Sequence record: MN158209.1 | Length of the DNA: 51,031 nucleotides | Strand: one strand, 5' to 3' | Origin: Escherichia phage BEK7 | In this document: one piece after another, positions 45,453 through 51,031 of the stretch | Position numbering within the stretch: the stretch's first letter is position 1 | Layout: each line of letters begins with the position of its first letter | Notes under the pieces: generated by a model | What the model saw: only the letters and a program-made list of their open reading frames with translations | What the model was told of the DNA's origin: nothing | The model's database searches: none | Position numbers and translations under genes: made by a program

Positions 45453-45660
45453 GCGCGTTAAACACAAGTTTATTGATAATCATGGCGATGCGCTTGAGGT
45501 ATATAAGTTTGGCGATCGAGTGTTTATTGATGGAACGTTTGAAGGTGGGCTAAGGCCAGATTTTAGGTCGACACTCACCATTGACAAGGTGCGCAAGCTG
45601 GCGGATAAGTTAAATGATCTTGCAGATGAAATCGAATACAAGCAAATTCATTTTAATTGA
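45439..45660 (+). CDS. hypothetical protein
   Basis: 73-aa ORF, RBS GGAGG. Confidence 0.4.
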   Translation: METNKRVKHKFIDNHGDALEVYKFGDRVFIDGTFEGGLRPDFRSTLTIDKVRKLADKLNDLADEIEYKQIHFN

Positions 45661-45671
45661 TAGGTTTGATA

Positions 45672-46214
45672 ATGAAAAAATACGAATTTGAACTTTGGGG
45701 CAGCAAATACCATTTTTCCACGAGCAAGCCGATTGTTATCGTTGACCTGGACGGAACGTTATCAGACGGAACGCATCGCTTGCACCTGCTTCCGACAGAA
45801 GATTTGCACCTTACAGAAAGCTGGTCTGAGTTCAATAAGGCGGCTGTTGGCGATTCGCCGATTAAGAGCACGGTTGCAGTGGTTAACGGTTTGTGGATGT
45901 CGGGATTTGCCATCGTTATCCTGACCGGACGTAGCGATGAAGTGATGGAGGACACCTGCAAATGGCTTAACGAAAACAGCATCAAGTACGATGCGTTAAT
46001 CATGCGCCGCAAGGAAGACAACCGCAAAGACACAATCATCAAAGAAGAAGTCTTGCGCGCTATCGGACTGGAAAACATTGTGTGCGCTTTTGATGATTCG
46101 CCGAACGTGGTTAAGCACTTCCGAAGCCTGGGAATCACAACCTATCAGGTCACGGAATACGACAAGCCACATAATCATATCCAATCGCATGGCGTGGAGG
46201 AGTTGCAGAAATGA
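45672..46214 (+). CDS. HAD-family phosphatase (polynucleotide 3'-phosphatase / nucleotidase-like)
   Basis: HAD motif I IVIVDLDGTLSDG, motif II ILTGRS, motif IV FDDSP. Confidence 0.6.
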   Translation: MKKYEFELWGSKYHFSTSKPIVIVDLDGTLSDGTHRLHLLPTEDLHLTESWSEFNKAAVGDSPIKSTVAVVNGLWMSGFAIVILTGRSDEVMEDTCKWLNENSIKYDALIMRRKEDNRKDTIIKEEVLRAIGLENIVCAFDDSPNVVKHFRSLGITTYQVTEYDKPHNHIQSHGVEELQK

Positions 46215-46420
46215 TCCTGAATGTAGCATATGCTAACCCTCGCGGCCGCAATATATTCGGCTTTAAGGTTGGCGCGATGGTCAACGCCAGGATAAACGAA
46301 AAAGGCGTATTAGTTGTCAAGTCTCCTAAAACTGGCGTGGATATGCACATCAAGGAGAACGGCGGAAGATTGTTTATCAGGTCAATGTCTGGTCAAACGC
46401 TCGCAACGTTCACCAAATAG
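46211..46420 (+). CDS. hypothetical protein
   Basis: 69-aa ORF; stop TAG inside the next element copy. Confidence 0.35.
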   Translation: MILNVAYANPRGRNIFGFKVGAMVNARINEKGVLVVKSPKTGVDMHIKENGGRLFIRSMSGQTLATFTK

Positions 46421-46437
46421 CACGAATTGCAAAAAAC
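46416..46437 (+). promoter_or_regulatory. conserved element, GAA-variant copy
   Basis: AATAGCACGAATTGCAAAAAAC then hairpin GGGCTT...AAGCCC containing TATAGT. Confidence 0.45.
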
Positions 46438-46492
46438 AGATCATCGGGCTTGCTGTATAGTAAGCCCATCAACAACAAACGAGGATTAAATC

Positions 46493-46756
46493 ATGGCTAA
46501 CAAGATCGAGTTTTTTAAAGCTGTAGACATTATCGACGGCACGCCTAGCTTCTTTGCTATACATTCTATTGACGGAAAGGACATTGGTTACAATGTTATC
46601 CGTCGTGATGGAATCTCAAAACTTAGTAACCTGGTAGGCCATATTGTGTCAAACGGGAAATGCACATGGCCCGATTCGCCACGAGATCCACGCCGCCGCG
46701 ACATGGTAGAGCCTGTTCTGCTTTACACTCTGGTAATTGAAGGGGAAAACAAATGA
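46493..46756 (+). CDS. hypothetical protein
   Basis: 87-aa ORF, RBS GAGGA. Confidence 0.4.
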   Translation: MANKIEFFKAVDIIDGTPSFFAIHSIDGKDIGYNVIRRDGISKLSNLVGHIVSNGKCTWPDSPRDPRRRDMVEPVLLYTLVIEGENK

Positions 46757-46938
46757 TCTATGCACTTGTATTTTTAGTTATTTTCTTTTATATTTCAGGA
46801 TTATTCATCTTCCGCGCATTGGTTAAAGTGTGTGATTGCACTGATAAAGATCAGCCTCTTGTTCTGGTGTTCTGGTTTGTGTGGTTTTGGGTGGCGCTTT
46901 ACCAGATTGTACTGGATGAAAGCGGCTTTAAGTGGTGA
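46753..46938 (+). CDS. hypothetical small membrane protein
   Basis: 61 aa with two hydrophobic segments. Confidence 0.35.
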   Translation: MIYALVFLVIFFYISGLFIFRALVKVCDCTDKDQPLVLVFWFVWFWVALYQIVLDESGFKW

Positions 46939-47132
46939 TTCTTGCTATAGCGCATTCATGCAGTGCGCTATATTGAGATAACAACAGGAGATTATGAAGA
47001 TGCGAAGCGTCGAAAAAATCGTATCCAAGAAGAAGCGATACAGCTACTACGAGCACCAAGAGATGAATCAACGCTATCGCAATAAGCGCAAGCGACCAGG
47101 CAAACATTCAAGCAGATATGGAGACAACTAAT

Positions 47133-47723
47133 ATGAAGCGCGACATTATCATCCTTAACGGACCGCCAGGGGTTGGAAAAGATACGCTTGCGGCATACTT
47201 AACGGGCCATCGTTACGCAGCCGTTGAAGCGTCGTTTAAACAGCCTATGTTTGATATTGCGTTTTCCATGCTTGGTGTTTACCGATATGACGAGTTCATT
47301 GATCTGTATAATGACCGCGAGCAGAAAGAAAAGCCTCAAGCAATCTTGCAAGGCAAGTCGCCTCGCCAGTTCATGATCTGGATTAGCGAAGAAGTTATGA
47401 AGCCAGCTTTTGGCGAGCAATATTTCGGAAATCGCATGGTTGAGCAAGTACACGAGATGTACGGAGATTTAGCTGTTGTAATTAGTGATGGCGGATTCCC
47501 TGAAGAAATCAAGCCGCTAGTTAAGGCAGGCCATGAAGTTCACATTTGCAGACTGCATCGCGAAGGCTTCACGTTTGATGGCGATTCACGAAACTATATT
47601 GACCTGAACGGATACCATCACCGAGTAAAACATTACGACTTCACAATGATTGATGGCGATCCAGAAAAGACTATTGACGAGATCATCAAAACGGTCCAGT
47701 GGAAACACATTAAGATCAAATAG
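47133..47723 (+). CDS. P-loop nucleotide / polynucleotide kinase-like protein
   Basis: Walker A ILNGPPGVGKDT (GKDT variant as in phage dNMP kinases); 196 aa. Confidence 0.55.
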   Translation: MKRDIIILNGPPGVGKDTLAAYLTGHRYAAVEASFKQPMFDIAFSMLGVYRYDEFIDLYNDREQKEKPQAILQGKSPRQFMIWISEEVMKPAFGEQYFGNRMVEQVHEMYGDLAVVISDGGFPEEIKPLVKAGHEVHICRLHREGFTFDGDSRNYIDLNGYHHRVKHYDFTMIDGDPEKTIDEIIKTVQWKHIKIK

Positions 47724-47740
47724 CACGAATTGCTAAAAGC
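47719..47740 (+). promoter_or_regulatory. conserved element, GAA-variant copy
   Basis: AATAGCACGAATTGCTAAAAGC; TAG is the kinase stop; TATAAT 22 nt downstream. Confidence 0.45.
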
Positions 47741-47793
47741 GGGGCGCAATGCCTCGCTATAATGCAAACACTAATCAACGAGAGGAAATCATC

Positions 47794-48195
47794 ATGGTAG
47801 AGTTAAACGACATTCGCGTTGGAACAAAATTTCGCGTAACCTGGGCAGATGAATATTGCGGCGTTAGCAGGGGTCAGGTTGTTACGGTGGATAGTATTTA
47901 TCGCGGGTGTAGCAAAGACTTTCGCCGACCACGCATCAAGAATGGCTATATCATAACTCGCCGTTTTGGCTTTGAGCATTATTACGTAGTGGCGACTCAA
48001 GGAGTTTTGATTGAGCTTCAGCGAATCAGCGATCATCGCGGCTGTCATGTCAAAACAACGAAGATACCATCTCAGCGATCGCGATACGATGCGCGCAGGA
48101 TGCGCAGGATTGCACGAAACGCGATCAAGTTCAAAAAGCATGGTGGTAACTTTTACCGAATGTACAAAGGGATTGCGCGAAATGCTGGAAAATAA
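47794..48195 (+). CDS. hypothetical basic protein
   Basis: ATG after GAGAGGA; Arg/Lys-rich C-terminus. Confidence 0.4.
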   Translation: MVELNDIRVGTKFRVTWADEYCGVSRGQVVTVDSIYRGCSKDFRRPRIKNGYIITRRFGFEHYYVVATQGVLIELQRISDHRGCHVKTTKIPSQRSRYDARRMRRIARNAIKFKKHGGNFYRMYKGIARNAGK

Positions 48196-48291
48196 CAAAT
48201 CAACCAATCCAAAGCCGACATTTGATTTTCATGAAATCATGACTGTGTTATTCTTGATTCTCTTAGTTGTTTATTCAGTGAGGGCAGCAAT

Positions 48292-48555
48292 ATGGTTTTT
48301 AATGCACTAAAACGAATCTTTAAACCTGAATACCGGATTGTTTCTTGCACAGAATGCAAGATTTATTACCTGCAACTCCGCCGCGTTATTAGTGGCGATT
48401 GGGAATATCTGACGAATGATGCTTTCGGCTTTTGGGCTATGAAGTTCAATAGCTACAGCGAAGCGCGTGAATACGCTAAAAAGTTGCACAAGTTCCGACC
48501 TTACAAGCTGCGTTTGCTGGTTGTCAAAAAATGCGATGTGTTGGATCACGAATGA
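48292..48555 (+). CDS. hypothetical protein
   Basis: 87-aa ORF. Confidence 0.35.
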   Translation: MVFNALKRIFKPEYRIVSCTECKIYYLQLRRVISGDWEYLTNDAFGFWAMKFNSYSEAREYAKKLHKFRPYKLRLLVVKKCDVLDHE

Positions 48556-48771
48556 AAAGAGTAATTGTCATTTTTATTGCCATTATCGCTGGTTCTCACT
48601 TGGCCTATGAGTATAGCGGCATTGTTGAGTCAATAGGCGGAATGATTATATTCCTGGCTGGCGCATATTACGGCTACGGCGATGGATTTTAAAATGGCAA
48701 GCGTTACATCCTGACTGGTAAGAAATAATGTTTAACCGCGCCGCTTCTGTGGCGCTAAAAGGAGGAAACAA

Positions 48772-49059
48772 ATGGCTAAAAGCAATCGTAAGATGTTGAT
48801 TAACGCATTCGAAAAGGCAGCGCTTGAGCGTGGTTGGAATGACTCATTTCACACAGCAAACTGTATCCGACGTTACGGATTCAAGAATTGCCGCTCATGG
48901 GCGCGTCAAATGGCTTCATGGTATGATCTTGATGCGCATTACCTTGATATGGATTGCGCCCTTGTTGAAATGATTGAGCAGGCCGCACTAGAGGATCGAC
49001 CATTAACGCAATCTGATTTTGACGATTTTGTGCGCGATGAAATCTATTACATGAGCTAA
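48772..49059 (+). CDS. hypothetical protein
   Basis: 95-aa ORF with RBS AAGGAGG; TAA stop followed in frame by the element's TAG. Confidence 0.4.
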   Translation: MAKSNRKMLINAFEKAALERGWNDSFHTANCIRRYGFKNCRSWARQMASWYDLDAHYLDMDCALVEMIEQAALEDRPLTQSDFDDFVRDEIYYMS

Positions 49060-49078
49060 TAGCACTTTTTGTTAAAAC
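49058..49078 (+). promoter_or_regulatory. conserved 21-nt promoter-like element (copy)
   Basis: AATAGCACTTTTTGTTAAAAC; imperfect hairpin then TAAAGT; about 75 nt before GTG start 49135. Confidence 0.45.
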
Positions 49079-49134
49079 TTCCGCGAGGGCATTTGTTAAA
49101 GTGTCCTCATTGAAGCGAAACAGAGGAAATAAAA

Positions 49135-49347
49135 GTGAAAATTCGAATTACCAGGGTTGACATTGATCGCAACGACGGAAGCATTGCCCTTGAGCAATGC
49201 GGATTCAAAGTTGGTGACATTGTAGAGGTTGATGGATTCTTTCGAGATGGTTCTTACTGCGTGTTAGCAATCCGCAACACAGAAGAAATTCGAATCGGTG
49301 ATAACATCGGTGTAAATCATGACGAATGCGAGGTAGTAGAGGAATGA
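49135..49347 (+). CDS. hypothetical protein
   Basis: 70-aa ORF, GTG start after AGAGGAAAT. Confidence 0.35.
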   Translation: MKIRITRVDIDRNDGSIALEQCGFKVGDIVEVDGFFRDGSYCVLAIRNTEEIRIGDNIGVNHDECEVVEE

Positions 49348-49652
49348 TCACGATTAACCTTTCAGAAGAGCAAGCAAAGAAACTCCTGCATGCTGTAGGT
49401 TCTCGTGCGCTTTGCGGATCAACTGATGAAATTATGATTGATCATGAGGTTGCAAGAGAGCTTTTTACTCAGCTTGAGCAAAAATTCTCACCACGTCCGA
49501 CTGACGCGGCAGAAACTGCAAAATGGCTTGCTGAGAATGGATACACGGCTTTAAAAGTTCATAACTGGAAGCGAAAGAATGAAAGCATGGAGTCGGCATT
49601 TGCAAATTACGCCAAATCAGTTGCAAAGCAGGTAATGGAGAAATATAAATGA
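49326..49652 (+). CDS. hypothetical protein
   Basis: 108-aa ORF overlapping neighbours. Confidence 0.35.
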   Translation: MRGSRGMITINLSEEQAKKLLHAVGSRALCGSTDEIMIDHEVARELFTQLEQKFSPRPTDAAETAKWLAENGYTALKVHNWKRKNESMESAFANYAKSVAKQVMEKYK

Positions 49653-49963
49653 TTTACATTCACTACTACCAGATCGGGACAAACGAGAACAAGAAAGAGC
49701 ATCGTTTCATTCATGATGATTTTGACAAGGCAAAGGCCCAGCAACAGGTTTTAGGCGGTGTCATTCAGGCTTTTGATCCAGTGGAAGACATAGAGCACCG
49801 AGAGCATTTGAAAGAGATTGTTATTGATGAAATTTCATCACTAATCGACGACATGACAAATCACGGGCCTGGTTCTCCGTGGGAAGAAGCCGGATCGACG
49901 GAGTGGGATTGCGCTAAAGTTGCAACGCTTAACAACTTTCGTGAGTTGCTCGACGATTTTTAA
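49649..49963 (+). CDS. hypothetical protein
   Basis: 104-aa ORF. Confidence 0.35.
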   Translation: MIYIHYYQIGTNENKKEHRFIHDDFDKAKAQQQVLGGVIQAFDPVEDIEHREHLKEIVIDEISSLIDDMTNHGPGSPWEEAGSTEWDCAKVATLNNFRELLDDF

Positions 49964-50161
49964 TTAAAATTGAATGCCTCATACAGCGAACAGGACGCAT
50001 TTTGACGAGGTATTTTTTAGGTAAGGTGATTCAATGGATAACTACATAAAACCGTCGCAGTGGTGCGCACAGAAGCAAGAGGAAGCATTAGAACGAGGCG
50101 ACACTGAAACGGCAATGCACTATTTCGAAATGTACAACTTGTGGAAGGGTAGAGGTCTGTA

Positions 50162-50392
50162 ATGTTTGGAATGAACGAGGCACAATTCAACGCTGCAAAA
50201 CGCCAGGCTAAGAAGTGCGGCGAGGCAATGAAAGCGGATGTTGAAAAGCGCGGAAAGTATGTTGATGAAGTTATGAAGGGCATTATTGCCGAACATTATC
50301 AGCCAGTTGCGCCAATGCTGACAATTACCCAATTCATCTGGTTGTGTGGTTATCTTCGTGGGCGATGGGGAAACGCATTTGACCGAGAATGA
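50162..50392 (+). CDS. hypothetical protein
   Basis: 76-aa ORF; a 42-aa ORF (about 50034-50162) precedes it with ATGA overlap. Confidence 0.35.
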   Translation: MFGMNEAQFNAAKRQAKKCGEAMKADVEKRGKYVDEVMKGIIAEHYQPVAPMLTITQFIWLCGYLRGRWGNAFDRE

Positions 50393-50536
50393 TTGACAAC
50401 AATTTCCTGATTGGTTAGCATATCAATCGTTTACATAAGAGCAGCTAAGGCTGAACGGGTGGCGCGGTTGCCACGCAACAACGGCGATATGCAGGTTTTT
50501 ACCGTAAGACGTATCGCCTTTTTATGAGGATAAAGA

Positions 50537-50719
50537 ATGAAGTGGAAAGTTATCCTTACCATACGAAAAATGGGAAGGAGCTGCGCGACATGTAAACAAG
50601 AATTTGAAACAATTGTTACGGCATGTAGCTCCGATATGGCAGTAAGACTGGCAAAAGATTACTCCGGAGCCAATCAAGAAACGCACCAGTTTTCAGTTAA
50701 TTTAGTGAGGAAAATATAA
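50537..50719 (+). CDS. hypothetical protein
   Basis: 60-aa ORF. Confidence 0.3.
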   Translation: MKWKVILTIRKMGRSCATCKQEFETIVTACSSDMAVRLAKDYSGANQETHQFSVNLVRKI

Positions 50720-50952
50720 TGTTAAACTTAATTTCTGCTTTTATTATTGGTTTTGTTTTTGCTGTAATTATTTTGTTTGTCGCATCGGAAAAAATTTGCA
50801 AATTTCTTGCTAAGAACGGTAAGTTTGCAAGCGCAACATGGAATAACAAGATGCAGCGATGGGATGTGCGCGGTCACTATCTGACGATTGGTAGCAAAAT
50901 CCATCAGCACATGAAGAATCAAGAAGATGAAAAAGTAAAATACAAGTATTGA
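50719..50952 (+). CDS. hypothetical membrane protein
   Basis: 77 aa with N-terminal TMD; followed by strong terminator. Confidence 0.35.
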   Translation: MLNLISAFIIGFVFAVIILFVASEKICKFLAKNGKFASATWNNKMQRWDVRGHYLTIGSKIHQHMKNQEDEKVKYKY

Positions 50953-50957
50953 CCAAC

Positions 50958-50983
50958 TACCCGCCATTTGGCGGGTTTTTTAT
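50958..50983 (+). terminator. rho-independent terminator at right end
   Basis: CCCGCC-ATTT-GGCGGG then TTTTTT. Confidence 0.6.
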
Positions 50984-51031
50984 TGCCTGCAATTTGTCTA
51001 TAATGAGGCTTTGTTATAAGGAGGGCGCATT

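Noticed and set aside
46940-46975. Inverted repeat ATAGCGCA-TTCATGCAG-TGCGCTAT as a terminator
   Set aside because: No T-run follows; could be an operator or chance palindrome, not called.
1-51031. tRNA genes, integrase/repressor lysogeny module, toxin-antitoxin pairs
   Set aside because: None recognised by eye; a tRNAscan/Infernal run would be needed to exclude small RNAs definitively.

Overview
This window reads as a complete or near-complete ~51 kb genome of a virulent T1-like siphovirus, linearised at the start of the small terminase gene. All calls are from reading the sequence and ORF track by eye; no database search was run, so homology statements rest on recognised motifs and gene order. 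Layout: 1-20.3 kb is a rightward packaging/head/tail operon (terminase, portal, capsid, frameshifted tail chaperone, tape measure, K/I/J-like tail tip). 20.35-21.5 kb is a leftward Cor-like lipoprotein cassette. 22-24.6 kb holds recombination genes (exonuclease, Erf-like, SSB). 25.2-28.8 kb is leftward (tail fibre, primase, HTH protein). 28.8-35.9 kb is rightward (helicase, VRR-NUC, Dam methyltransferase, phosphoesterase, holin / SAR-endolysin / u-spanin). 35.9-42.6 kb is a leftward cluster of small unknown genes, and 43.3-51 kb a rightward one. Four intact HNH homing endonucleases and one remnant are scattered through it; no integrase, repressor, CRISPR or rRNA was seen. The most interesting signal is a 21-nt element present in 14 copies, almost always oriented with the local genes, about 55-75 nt upstream of a start codon and 22 nt upstream of a -10-like hexamer, often with its TAG serving as the upstream gene's stop codon. 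Other leads are a compact C5-methyltransferase-like protein in the leftward small-gene cluster, two diverged copies of an AT-rich divergent control region, and a split kinase / HAD-phosphatase pair.
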